64,000 bases of DNA from Balanoglossus misakiensis (GCA_040954595.2 CM082580.2:6145519-6209518); one strand, 5' to 3'; counted from the stretch's first letter, positions 35,301-47,079 are shown. Notes: generated from the sequence alone by a model not told the origin. Numbers and translations: made by a program.

Positions 35301-35601
35301 ACAGAAACCGAACAGCCGAGCGGAGGACGCGTACGAGGGCAGCGAATGGACGTCGGATCCCGTGTACATAGCTATCGCGATCGCAGCCGTGTGTTTGATA
35401 GTTCTCCTCGTTGTTCTGGCCTTGTTCGTTTTGAAACAGCGCAAGTTGACTCGGTATCCCGTGCCGACGCAGGCCGAGGAGGAGTGTTGCCAGGCGACGG
35501 CCGGCGGGAAGCACATCCACAGCGGACTGCACAAGATGATGCACAGTAAAGAGTGCGCGGGAGACCCGTACATCTGCGAGAGATTTTTCAACTCTGTGTA
35601 G
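29367..35601 (+). CDS. BAMBI: BMP and activin membrane-bound inhibitor-like pseudoreceptor, 249 aa; exons 29367-29433, 33209-33386, 34910-35028, 35216-35601
   Basis: It begins with a signal peptide (MAEVWLQCVMLVLGVFLLTGAK). A type-I TGF-beta-receptor-like Cys ectodomain follows (IECSCTTLEC...C...CFTQ...SPITKGCID...LVCCNEPMCN), then one TM helix (VYIAIAIAAVCLIVLLVVLALFVL) and a short cytoplasmic tail with no kinase domain. The 750-nt total is in frame. Confidence 0.85.
29647..29706. repeat. Perfect 60-bp palindrome in BAMBI intron 1
   Basis: caaagctgacatgtgacatgtacagtacat|atgtactgtacatgtcacatgtcagctttg. Confidence 0.9.
32101..32245 (+). mobile_element. Possible Tc1/pogo(Tigger)-like MITE remnant
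   Basis: Begins TA-CAGTAAACCTG followed by repeated aaccg/ggacac-type subterminal motifs. No matching right end was identified. Confidence 0.35.
34785..34878. mobile_element. TTAA/CCCT-ended MITE, degenerate copy in BAMBI intron
   Basis: Ends in ggggtgaaagggttaa. The internal gtccaaaccactgttttctatggtaa closely matches the 9012 copy. Confidence 0.6.
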
Positions 35602-38427
35602 CAAAACTCGGAAACTCGGTGGAGATATGTGGTGTGTTTATTATAAGGCCGAACCCACTCTGATGGTCAATTTACATGACTATAATAATGCCAGATCCCA
35701 GTGAAATCTGACCGTGGAATTAGTCAAATGGCAAACTGAAGTTGCTGGTAGATTGCTGATTTTAACTGCAGCCAGAAATGCAAGAGTCTCCCATTGGCTG
35801 GAGAGCCATTATATGGCCACAGCAGCCAATCAGATGTGTTGTTTCACGTCAAATTTACCAGATGTTTGAGTAAGTTACATACAATTGAAATTGTATCAAT
35901 GAATGTAAAATCTAAGAAATCTAATTTAAATTTACAAAACAGTCTAATTTTGAAACCTGTTTTATAGACATTGACATTTAACACTTTACTCTACATATTT
36001 ACAGAATAATTCGCCATGTGATGTGGCTACTATTTACCTGGTAAATGTTACACAAGAGATCATCCTATCTCTAGATGCCTTAGTTCAGAGGTTCTATAGA
36101 GAACATATTTCACACTTTTATTTGATAGGATAAAGTAGGAGTTTTTGACAAGAATATTTTGCCTAAGTTTCCATGGCTTTTTTTTTCCTTTATTCTTGCA
36201 AAATTCCAACTCAAAATGTTGTTTAAGGAATCTAAGTTGCTGCCAGTATTACATGTACTTGCGCATTATGTCGGTGCTGACCTTTGACCTATGATCCATT
36301 ATTGGATTTGGAAGAGCAACTGCTCCAAAGCCCTGATTATGATGTTGTTTGTCGCGCACCATGTCAGCATATAGTCTGCATGATTCAATTCAGCCCTGGT
36401 CAAATTTGCCTCCAAATCACATTTCGGACAAAAAACTACATCAAGCAGCTGAAATTGAAATGATAGTGCCTAGCTGGCACATTTGCATATGTGTTTGTTA
36501 CAAAACACAAGGAATTGAGTGCTCTCATTTAAAGCTCATTCCCCAGACAATCGAATATCCATGGAATTTTAATGTGTTTTAATTATTAAACTCATATTGA
36601 AAACTGCATGAGTCTTCAGAACATTCAAACCCATAGTTCAGGATATAAACATAAACATTAACATGCAACCATTGCATTGGTCTGTGGTCTTAACAAAAAT
36701 GATGGTATTTACCAAGGGAAGTCTGAATTTCAGTGTCGGTGCAAATTTCAGACCGAAATAGATTGTGGACTAAAAGAATGCATGACGTCCAGAGATAAGG
36801 TAAAAAAAAAATTCTTAAACATACAAGGAATAAAATGGATTGTGCGCAGGGGGAATTGAGTCGGGTCAGGGTAATTGTTAGCATTCCTCTGGATCAGTCG
36901 AGTTTCTGTCTGCAGCTGTTTTCCAAATCAACACATCGTGGCATTTCAAGAAATCTCAGTGGAGACATATGTGCACCTAAAGTGACCAGGGACATTTATT
37001 ATTTTTATTTTCAACTCGGTGACTAATTGAAAAAAAAAAATTATGAACTTGAAGAAACTGCTCGGCAAATTGGCGTTTTAAAAGAATCCTTTAAAAAGTT
37101 CCGACACTTTTGTAGTACATGCAGTGTACTCAAATGTGTGAACTGCAGTCCGCCAGTCAAGTTGTGCTTAGCTGTTCCATCAAAATACCTTAGCAACCGT
37201 GCCATCAGACGTCAGAAGCAGACATTAGGAGCCAAGGCGTAGTATTGCGATGCTATGCACCGTGTACTTGATATGATCCATTAGGAACGCATGGCTGAAT
37301 CTCTTATTTATGACAGTATGTCATTTCTGTGTTGTCATGGTAACCAACATTTTAAGTTAAAACAGACCAGTGGAAGTTCTGTAGGCTAAAAATTATAATG
37401 ATGTCTATAGAATCTTTGCTCTATAACTGGTGTATAGCAATATTAAAAGAAAAGGTTTCAAGACAACCAATGTTTCGAATTGCTAGCATGTTTTGGGTAC
37501 ATTTAAAAGGAATCAAACGTGCCCACGGAGACGTTGTGGAAATATTTTCATCATTCCAAAACCTCGTTTTAATATGCGTGTCGTCAAGAGTAGAAGGCGA
37601 CCCAGACTTTGTTTTCCATTAACATGCAGAGTGTTGCAAGCTTCTGAAATAAATATCACGTATGCCTTGGCCAGTCAGATGACCGAGAGCACGGACATTT
37701 CGGGTGGTGATGACTTTGACCTCGGACTCTGTGCAGATGATGAAGTAGCCCAATTTAAGTATCGTCCAGTGCACATGTGTGGTAGATCAACAACACTGCC
37801 CGTTTTTTTTTTTTTTGCACCAACTGGAAATCGTGACTGTAGCGGGGCGTGGAAACATTGCAGCCATACGTGTTTTGGCTTTTGTGTTTGCGTTGGTTAA
37901 GTGCTTCCAAATTCTTGAATTTCAGGGGTCAGATTCACAACAGAGAAGGGGGTGGTACAGTTTCAAGTCCCTGACTGGAGTGCGTGACTGAAATGTAGGG
38001 CAAGTGATTCAAGAGTTCCCATGTGTACTGTCCAGGTAAACATAAACTTCCAAGGAGATGATGTCCGCAAGGATCTCAGGACACATGGACTGGTCATGTT
38101 TGTTTGTTGACTTTGCAAAAATGTTTATTCTAATACTATAAATAAACCCAATGTAATGCCTCTCTCAGAAGTGCCAGATTAAGTTCATCACTTTCAAAAT
38201 GAACTGTATGTGGCCGAGTGAGGGCGCTGTTTCATTGTACCAGTTGGGAGCATCGCACAGTGGCAGTGCAGTCTCAACCGGGAGACTCAATGAGAAATTG
38301 GAACTCAAATGATGGTGTCAAGTGTTTTAATGGAGCTGGATGATGATACGAAAACTTGCAAAGCGACTTATTGAGACAAAAATCCTAAAGGTTTTGGTTT
38401 ATAGCAGCATGGACTGCTCTTTCTCTC

Positions 38428-38994
38428 GCCTACGGCCATACCACGTATTATTATACATCTAGTGCCGAGAACAATAGATTTTGGCGTGCAATAAAAAGCC
38501 GTACGGAACGGTACGTACGGAACGCGCGTTAAATAAGCCTTAGTTTCAAGGCGCCCCAAACTCACCGTGTACAGGTATGCGCTGTTATGCGAACGGTTTC
38601 AAGGCGCCCGCATTCCAACGCACGTGCGCACACGTAAACAAAAAAGAAAGATGGCTGCTCACTGAGCGGTTTTCGATCGATTGTATCGGCATTTTGGGCG
38701 TTTTGAAAGCCAAGTAACATGCAAAACAAGAACTATCGGAGATGTAAGATGTATAATAATAAGGTTATTACGAAAATACCGCAAAGTATGCACTCGGACA
38801 TTAGCGCAGCGCATCGCCCTCCGCTACGCGTCGGGCGATACTCAGCGCTAATGTCCTCGTGCATACTTTGTGGTATTTTCGTAATAACCTCATAGAATAC
38901 ACCGGTTCTCGTCCGATCACCGAAGTTAAGCTGCGTTGGGCGTGGTTAGTACTTGGATGGGTGACCGCCTGGGAATACCACGTGCCGTAGGCTT
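38428..38994 (+). pseudogene. 5S rRNA: 5S rRNA gene interrupted by an insertion (nt 1-18 at 38428-38445; nt 19-120 at 38893-38994)
   Basis: The joined halves give a canonical 120-nt metazoan 5S: GCCTACGGCCATACCACG+TAGAATACACCGGTTCTCGTCCGATCACCGAAGTTAAGC...GGATGGGTGACCGCCTGGGAATACCACGTGCCGTAGGCTT. Helix I is perfectly complementary. There is a TATA-like TTTATAG at about -30 and a T-run terminator downstream. Confidence 0.93.
38446..38892. mobile_element. Non-autonomous element with asymmetric inverted repeat and 129-bp terminal hairpin, inserted in the 5S gene
   Basis: A 15-bp IR tattattatacatct (38446-38460) / agatgtataataata (38747-38761) is followed by a long imperfect palindrome at 38762-38890. 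TA is present at both junctions. Confidence 0.85.
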
Positions 38995-39010
38995 TATCTT
39001 TTTTTTTTTT
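38995..39010 (+). terminator. Pol III oligo-T terminator of the 5S gene
   Basis: A long T run begins a few nt after the 5S 3' end. Confidence 0.7.
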
Positions 39011-42000
39011 ACTTTTTGACCATTTTGCCATTAAATAGTCCTGTCATATTTTTTTCTCGCCATAACTGTCCGTTTCTTGCTTTCTTTCCTTCTTTTAAAT
39101 TTATTCTTCCATGATCATTTTTTGTAGAAGAAAGAAAAAACCCTGCTCCTCCCGCACCCGTTTGTTGATCGGCCGCGCAACACACAAACATTATCGAGCC
39201 CGAAAAAATACCAACAAAAAATATTTCTTCTCGACTACCAAAATTTACAATAAACCCGACAAATTTAGGCCTAGAATTACATGAGCTTGATTTACAGACA
39301 AGCGTTGTCGAATGTGCGTTTCTGGAAAGGAAAAATGAAAAACGAATTTGTCAAACTGTTTAACATCGCCGCAGAAGGCGCACTTCAAGTGGGGACTGAT
39401 GTACCCATAGGCAAAGCGCTGGCTGAGAATCCGTTCAGATATTGCTATTATAAATATGTTATAGAAGTTTATGGAAATTTCATGTCATTTTTCTTTCATT
39501 ATAGGCCTAAATGACATAAACACCAACTTTACACTGACAACCTATACATCAACATGTGGCAAATGACTGGCGCCAATGAAACTTATGTAGTGAATTTTTT
39601 CCTGTATATTCGTTATAAAACTACCCGCATACATAAAAATACATACCCGCACACCTTCAAGATACAGTATGCTATATGTATACACAAACAATACAATGAC
39701 TAGGACGGCGTGACACACGGCTTTTAGTTCATGTAGGCATCTTTCATCTTAAGTCTGCTTCATACTATCATTAAAAAAATTAGAGACTAAATTTAGTTTG
39801 AAGAGTCGCATAGCTAGGGAAAGGGGCGCAGCTGCAACTGGTGAAGTTGAGGATTTGTATCATTGTAGAGCTTGCCAGTCTTGCACACGACATCACATGT
39901 GAACAACCCTAGTTTTAGATGCTGCCCAACAAATTGCAAATGACACTGTACTTTCCGTTTTTCCGCTGTTCTTCGTTTTAGAGCAGTCCGACGCGGACAC
40001 GTTTCAATTACTGCGTTAGTCATAAGATGCAACAACCGCCTACTCCAATGCCACAAACACCGAATGATTCTGACAAGGCTTGCAGCGCAAAGCCGAGATC
40101 TTGTCAGAAGACCCTTCGCGATGATTGAACGTGACGTCACTCGTGTTCATCTGTAGATTCACCGATAAAGATGACCACTTACATCCGGGTATGTTCACGC
40201 TTGCCAAACAATGCGCGTGTATCACACGAAATGTGATACACGCGTAAATAAAAAAGAGGGTCAAATTCACGAACGAATAAAAGACGGTGTTGCTTTGTAT
40301 TTTACGTCCAACTGGTGCAGCTGAAAATAAATAAAATGTGTTATGATGTTGAAATTCCAGAGAAATTATCGAACGAACTTGGAACAGATAAAAAGGGACC
40401 ATTCTTGTCATTCGATCGACAATCCAACTGCACTATGACAAACATTTTAATGAACAATCTATTTCACACTGGCAACGACAATTTTACACTATACGTACCG
40501 GCTCTTTTTAAAGTCATCCTTCCCCACAATTCAAAGGTTCGCCGAGATGCCTAATGCCAACTCTTCGGAAATTGTATTGTGTTTTTTTTAACAATCACGA
40601 TCTCCAAGGCTGTACACAGATGGCATGCATTAAATCCGTCAACAAAGTAACGGTGAAAAAATATCACCCATCGGTAAAATTTTACTACCAAAGCAATAAA
40701 TTCTGGGCGAGTGATTCTCAGGAAGTATCGATATGTTTTGTGAAAAAATCGATCGATGCATTGGTAAGTAGAAAAACAAGAAAAATATCAAACCAATTCG
40801 GCGCACTCTATATGACTGGGACTCAGGTTCTCTGATAGGAAACTAAAATGTGTATCGGAAAGAAAGAAAGAGAGAGGGAGAGAGAGGAAATTGAAAATCG
40901 CTATTTCACGGTGCACAGTGACACACAGTGGCCGGGTCTTCCACTTTATTTTGGCAGATCACATTGATTCGCAATATATTCTACTTAAGTTAATTGCACG
41001 ACCCGTCCCTTTCTTTCGTTTCAATGCGAGCAACCGTGAATGCCGCTATTATTCAGTTCAGCCTATACACTGTTCAAAAAAATTGTTGAATGAATCCTCC
41101 AGTTTATTGAGAGAGAGAGAAAAAAATTCCATGCGCATCGATTTGTTATGAGCTTCGATAATTGATGCCGAATTGTACGGCAACAAAGGGCTCTGGCGGC
41201 AGAGAGTCGAGGAAGCCTGAGCGGGCGACAAAGGGAACCCGGTAACAAATAGGCAACGTCGCAACTCGCACCCCAAACCAGATAAGACTCCATTCACCTC
41301 AATGCCGTTGCAGTTTCAATGCCGAGCATTCACCTCGCTCCATGATATGATTTAATACATACATAAAAAAACGCGGATAGGACTTTATCCCGAGTACATG
41401 TATCATATACACAGAGGAGAAATCTCCAAAAGCATGTCCCCCGTAATGGAATTTTCAATTACTCCGGATAATCCGAAAGAAATATCGCTCGTTTGCTCTG
41501 ACAGCGCTAGAGCTTGACACGACAGGCTTTGACGATCGTTGTTTGTGTATTTATTATTTGATGTGATATCCATCAATCATTCTCGACAGGCGCTGTCACC
41601 CATCCATCAGCTCGCTGTCACTCGCCAAACTCGCCATCCAATCCCTGGCGAGGACGCCCTCGTTGCAAAGTTCCAGCACAAAACCCGCATCGTTCCATCG
41701 GCGAAGTGAAGTTCTATACCCTGCAGTCCATCCATCAATCGTTGCAGCCATCCCGCCCACCATGTATGTCTTATCAGTTTTCTCCTCACACACGCCCACC
41801 AGCCCGCCTGCCTGCCACTGGACCGACCCATTGATTGATAGATTGATTGATTGATCCATGTGTCTGATTTGTCCGTGAATCTACACCTATATGTTCTCCT
41901 CCGTATGCAAATCACCCGCCCTGCAGCGAGAGCGATAGTTTGGGAGGCTGTGATTGGTGGAGAGCTGATCGTTTCTCTTCATCTACAGACCCAAAGTGAC

Positions 42001-43255
42001 AATGTATATTTTGCAGAGAAAAATGAGGATTCGAATGATTTAAACTGCTTTTCGACCACTGTCTTCCTTACGGTTAGTCTGGCCGCCACCACCACCACCA
42101 CCACCACCTATCTACCATCTGACAGTTATGAATTGAAGAACATTGATTACCCATAGAACATTTTATTAATTACTGCAGAACTACCAAAACATCGTGGTCA
42201 TCAAACCCTTCGAAGCCAACAGAAACAAGGACTCGTCAAATAAAGCAACATCCTTTTATTTCATGCCTATCAGTTATACTGTCTCCTAACCCATCAGCAA
42301 GGGCAAAATTTGAACGCAATAAAAACTAATCAAAACATCTGTCGTTTCACACGAAATGCAAAATGCATTACTTATTTTTATGTACTACCTGAGCGCGTAA
42401 AATGCCATCAGGACAATAACCAGCGATTGAACCAAACGACTGTGTACTCTGATGAACGATTTCCACTATATTTGACAGAAAAATTGACTCGTTCAAGTGG
42501 TGCTTTCCTTCAGAACGGCTCATTTGCCGCCGATAAATCGTCTGCTGACCCGTCACCATATTTGTTTATCCAGTCACGTGATGTACTCGGCGTCCGACAC
42601 CATTCCGATATCCCAATATTAATCTTCCACTCACTCACAGGCAGACGAATTCTCGATATGGCAAATGCCAGAAATGACAACTCGAATTAGCCTCAGCCGG
42701 GGACGAGAACACAATTATCTCGTTTGTTGAATCCAATGTCTGGTAGCAGTGCTATTATACTGTGTAAGCAGGAACTGTGTAATGATGGTATAATCTTTAC
42801 CAATCGCGTGCATTACCATTAGAATGGACGAACCGTACACACCAATGAACAAACGTTGCGACCCGAGGGACGGTGGATATCATATGGAGAATGCGTGGAT
42901 TTTTAGGAAGTGTCTCTACCGAATTGTCTTAACCGTAAAATTAGGCGATTTTTTCCCCACGCCATTTTTTTCAGCGGAGGTTTCAGAGTATAAAATACAC
43001 TTTCAGCATGTCTCCTTGAGCCAGTTATTTTGAAATCTTAACATTTTTTGTGCGCTATTACTTGTGTTTTGATTCCAACCTTAATTTAAAGACTTGCGCA
43101 TTGATGGGGCAATCTGGAGGGGCTTGCCACCCCCCCCCCGAACTCTTTGCTCTTACAAATCTTGGACCACGTTACTGTTTTCCTGACAGAGGAAAACGCA
43201 TCTCTGTTTTGGGGGCAATGTTGTCACTGCGCATGCGGCTAAACGGGCTGTGCTC

Positions 43256-43681
43256 TAGTCTCGGTTACCCAGAGCCCTCTGCTTCTTCCGTTAGGCACTC
43301 CAGAAAGAGGGTCTGGGGAAACCCGGTAGACAAACCGTCAGGCGGAATCGGGACAGCTGCGATGCATGACGGGAGATTAATATTCGATACGATATTATGG
43401 TATGTCGATATTAGAAAACTATTTACCGAACTTCTCTCTCTCTTTTCAATTTGTATACAGTTTTAGCAGGTCTAGCACTTCTCAGCATGTTTTCTTTATC
43501 GTATGTCATACATGTCGGCCGTGGGTTCGCGCGCAGGACGTCGCCATTTTGGAATATTAATCTCCCGTCATGCATCGCAGCTGTCCCGATTCCGCCTGAC
43601 GGTTTGTCTACCGGGTTTCCCCAGACCCTCTTTCTGGAGTGCCTAACGGAAGAAGCAGAGGGCTCTGGGTAACCGAGACTA
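43256..43681. mobile_element. Young non-autonomous DNA transposon, 130-bp TIRs, 9-bp TSD (AcademH-like termini)
   Basis: TIRs at 43256-43385 and 43552-43681 read as exact reverse complements (TAGTCTCGG...CCGAGACTA). GCTGTGCTC is duplicated on both sides. The superfamily is inferred from TAG termini plus the 9-bp TSD. Confidence 0.9.
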
Positions 43682-45528
43682 GCTGTGCTCATAACCTCAA
43701 AAATGTCCCGAAAATAAGACACATACATGTTGCTAGAACATTCGGAGTGCATCTGAAAAAAACATGATATGAACCATGCACCTACTCATCGTATCGCCCT
43801 CAAGTACTAGGCAAATATGTTGGCCCCTGTTAGTTTTACAAAAAAATCCTTTGAAAAGACAACACACTGTTTTACACACACCGGACCACTGTAAGCAAAA
43901 ACCGACTCATATTTATCTGACAGGAGAATAAAAAGACAGGGAGAATGAATGGGTCCGTGTGGGCATCGATTTCCATTACCGGCTAAACGTTGCAACGTCT
44001 CGGTTTAATATCAATTTTGAATTATTATATTTAGTCTCTCAACATTTACTTTATACAACAAAGACACCGCCGACGATGTTGACTAAATTAACATGACGCG
44101 GCACAAGTGGGCTCGGTGTCCGATTGGTTTACTTTAATTAGGCTGCAGTTTAACATCTCAGAGAAGTGACATGGGTTTTCTTTTTTCGTCTACTGGGCAG
44201 GCCTAAAAGCGATCCGGATACACGAAAGAATGGACTGTGTGCCGCCTTTGTTGTCCGGTTGCAGGTATGAAAGAAGCCAATCAAATTTCCATTAGACTCT
44301 GTTGAAATTAGACATACCGAATTGGACACAATTATACAACACACCACGCAATCATACCACATGACGTTACATTTTGGAATTATGTCACATTCTGATCGAC
44401 ACTGACTCACACCAGAACATGTACTGTCAAAAACTGCACCACTTTACAGAATGTGTCATAAACTAATTAAACGGGCTCTGACTTCTGACAAAACAATAGT
44501 CTCCAGACACCCATCACACGTTCTATGTCACCAGATCGTGTGTACGTAATCTAACTGATTTCAAAGCGCGTTTGAACCGTATCCTCCGTCCCTTTCTTAC
44601 GTATTTGCATGGAGGCAGCCATATTTGAGTTCGGCACCAGTTATTATTTATCTTGTCCAACTTTGCACATCCATTACGATTTAGTGGTTAACAATGTTTA
44701 AACACACATTCATGAAATAGTCTTAGATTAAACACGGTTATCTAGTAACCCTGGTTTAATGAAAAAATGCCAAAAAAATGCAGCTCGTGGGCCTTTAACA
44801 TTTTATTCCCTCCAATAACTCCCCGCACACAGTATTTTCGATTTCCAGTCTTAGGAAGAACCGATCCATACCCTTGCGACCGATTCTCTGAATGTCACAC
44901 ACGATTACTGTTATTTGTTGAAAACGTCGTGGCGATGTACAGCAATTACGCCAGATATGGTGCCCCGCATCCCAGTCTCCATGGGGACGCCATGCTGTCC
45001 TCCGGGGTAAAATAGACTTCCACGCCAAACTTGCAGTGGGTGTATATAGATTTGCGTCGTGGTGATGCTTAAAATCGATTCAGAAGGCGGGTTGCAGAAT
45101 CATTGGGAACACAGTGACCCAGATGGAGAAAGCAAAAAAGTCGAACTTTATTCCGTTTTACAATGAAAACGGATTGAGATGCATAGAAGGATTGTACAGA
45201 CCATCGTTTTTTTCCGATCAAGACAGTAAAAATCTGTCATCGGCTCTTTCTCCGAGCTTCACTTCTCTATGTACAAAATGACAAAGACTAAATATGATAT
45301 CTGGATCGTTTGTGCTCATTACATTGATAAACTTAATAAATGAAAGTTTGGCTCTAAAACAGATATGTCATGTGCGTGCGCTGACCTGACCCTGCGGCCA
45401 AACAAGCTACCCTGGATATGTTCAATGTGGCGACCAAGGCCGCAATCCACAAATCCGCCACATTAGTGACATAGAGATCATAGCATTGACAGGGCTTTGA
45501 TGCTAAATGCTTTTGTCCTACAGACAAA

Positions 45529-46637
45529 GGCATTCTTATCGAAGCATCAGACAATTATTCGAAGAGCTTTACAGTCATTACCAAGGTTTGGAGAGGCAAA
45601 TCCACAATCAAAAGCTAATCCAATATAAACCGGCCATTTCCTTCTTGTGATTGGCGACTTGTAAGGCTGCATTCACAAACACCTCTGGAGGGGGGGGGGG
45701 GGGCGGGAGAATTCAATTTTTTTTACCGTTAATTTTCACATGCCCCCCTCAACAACCCGAAATATTTTCAAATCCCCCCCTTCCGAACTGCTAAAATTTT
45801 CAAATCCCCCCCCCCATTTTCTTTCACACAGCAAAACACATCACCTATCTATCTTGTAAAAAAGGAAAACTGCGCTACCATGAAAAGAATTTGAAACTGA
45901 TGTTTCCCCTTATCAGTGGATATTAAAACAGAACATTGTTTCTATTTGTTAAGTATTTTGTATTCTGTGTTGGAAGACATTGTAAACCGAGAATTGAAGG
46001 GGGTGGGTTTGGGAGGGGGTGTCCCCCTCGCACGTAAGAAAATTTTATAAAATACAGAGCTCAAAGCTGCATTTTAATGAACCCGGCAAAAGCAAATTAA
46101 CTCAACTACCGGTATGTTGGGGAGGACAAATTTAATCGTCGCCGCTCAAAGTTATCATGGGGTGGGGGCAAGTCCCATGACCTGGGACACTAGATAAACC
46201 AGTCTATGATTGAAAGGTGTTGATGAATGGAGGGGGTGGGGGTGGGAGGGGGTGTCCCCCTCCCACATGAGAAAATTTTGTAAAATTAAGGGCGCGAAAC
46301 TGCATTTTTGTGGACTCAAAATAAATATTTAGTCCTCAAAGTTTTCAAGTCCCCCCCTTTCAGTCCCTAAATTATTTCAAATCCCCCCCTTACATACCCT
46401 CAATTTTTTCAAATCCCCCCCCTCAATTCTCCTGCCCCCCCCCCTCCAGAGGTGTTTGTGAATGCAGCCTAAAACGGGTATTAGGATGTACAATATACGT
46501 GCAATTTAGGACAAGAAACCGTATCGACTCCGATACACATTACTGGTGGTCAAAATGGTTACCTACAGTTTTTATTTTCATCTTTGTGCATTTGTAAAGC
46601 TCTTCGGATAATTGTCTGATGCATCGATGAGAATGCC
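45529..46637. mobile_element. Older TIR element (45-bp TIRs, degenerate 9-bp TSD; MULE-like) hosting a nested MITE
   Basis: ggcattcttatcgaagcatcagacaattattcgaagagctttaca (45529-45573) versus its inverse at 46593-46637, three mismatches. Flanks are acagacaaa / acacacaac. Confidence 0.7.
45665..46469. mobile_element. PIF/Harbinger-type MITE with TAA target duplication
   Basis: TAA-GGCTGCATTCACAAACACCTCTGGAGGGGG...CCCCCTCCAGAGGTGTTTGTGAATGCAGCC-TAA. It has subterminal tttcaaatccccccc repeats and two internal gggagggggtgtccccctc blocks. Confidence 0.85.
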
Positions 46638-46779
46638 ACACACAACCCATCCATCGTAACACTGCGTTCCAGATATGGGACGGCGACCCATTTCAGTAGA
46701 AACATGATCTAAGCTTATGTTCCGAATGTGCACCTATGCATGGAGGGACCGTGACCCTCCACACATACACACTTCACCC

Positions 46780-46871
46780 TAGTCTCGGTTACCCAGACCC
46801 CCCTGCTTCTTCCGTTGGGCAGAAAGGAGTGCCCAACGGAAGAAGCAGGGGGGTCTGGGTAACCGAGACTA
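46780..46871. mobile_element. 92-bp hairpin MITE of the same TAGTCTCGG family as 43256-43681
   Basis: It is a near-perfect palindrome, TAGTCTCGGTTACCCAGACC...GGTCTGGGTAACCGAGACTA. The 9-bp TSD is acttcaccc/acttcactc (one mismatch). Confidence 0.88.
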
Positions 46872-46896
46872 ACTTCACTCACGTTTATTTATAGTC

Positions 46897-46988
46897 AGAA
46901 AGATGGGCCTTTCTGTGGAAAATGAAGTCATTTCCGGTTTACTTAGAAAGACGGGTCTTTCTGTGGAAAGTGAAGCCATTTCCGGTTC
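46897..46988 (+). repeat. Tandem duplication (48-bp period) upstream of otopetrin
   Basis: agaaagatgggcctttctgtggaaaatgaagtcatttccggtt / agaaagacgggtctttctgtggaaagtgaagccatttccggtt. Confidence 0.8.
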
Positions 46989-47079
46989 AAGTAAAAAAAC
47001 GAAACGAAAGTGAGAAACAAGTTAGAATTTGGGCGGTTGAAACCGGTAGTATCAACCACAGTGAACTACGGAACGCAAT

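Noticed and set aside
37493-37991. Exon-like stretch (…MTESTDISGGDDFDLGLCADDEVAQFKYRP…)
   Set aside because: There is a possible acceptor, but no coherent multi-exon model or recognisable homology.
38446-38892. Insert as an intron spliced from the 5S precursor
   Set aside because: It contains several runs of four or more T (e.g. ~38478, 38692, 38701) that would terminate Pol III. It also lacks GT-AG ends and group I/II features.
39814-41915. Scattered minus-strand ORFs as exons of an unknown gene
   Set aside because: They could not be joined into a consistent frame and show no family motifs.
43050-43752. Opposing ORFs sharing the peptide LGYPEPSASSVRHSRKRVWGNP
   Set aside because: This is an artefact of translating the two TIRs of the MITE.
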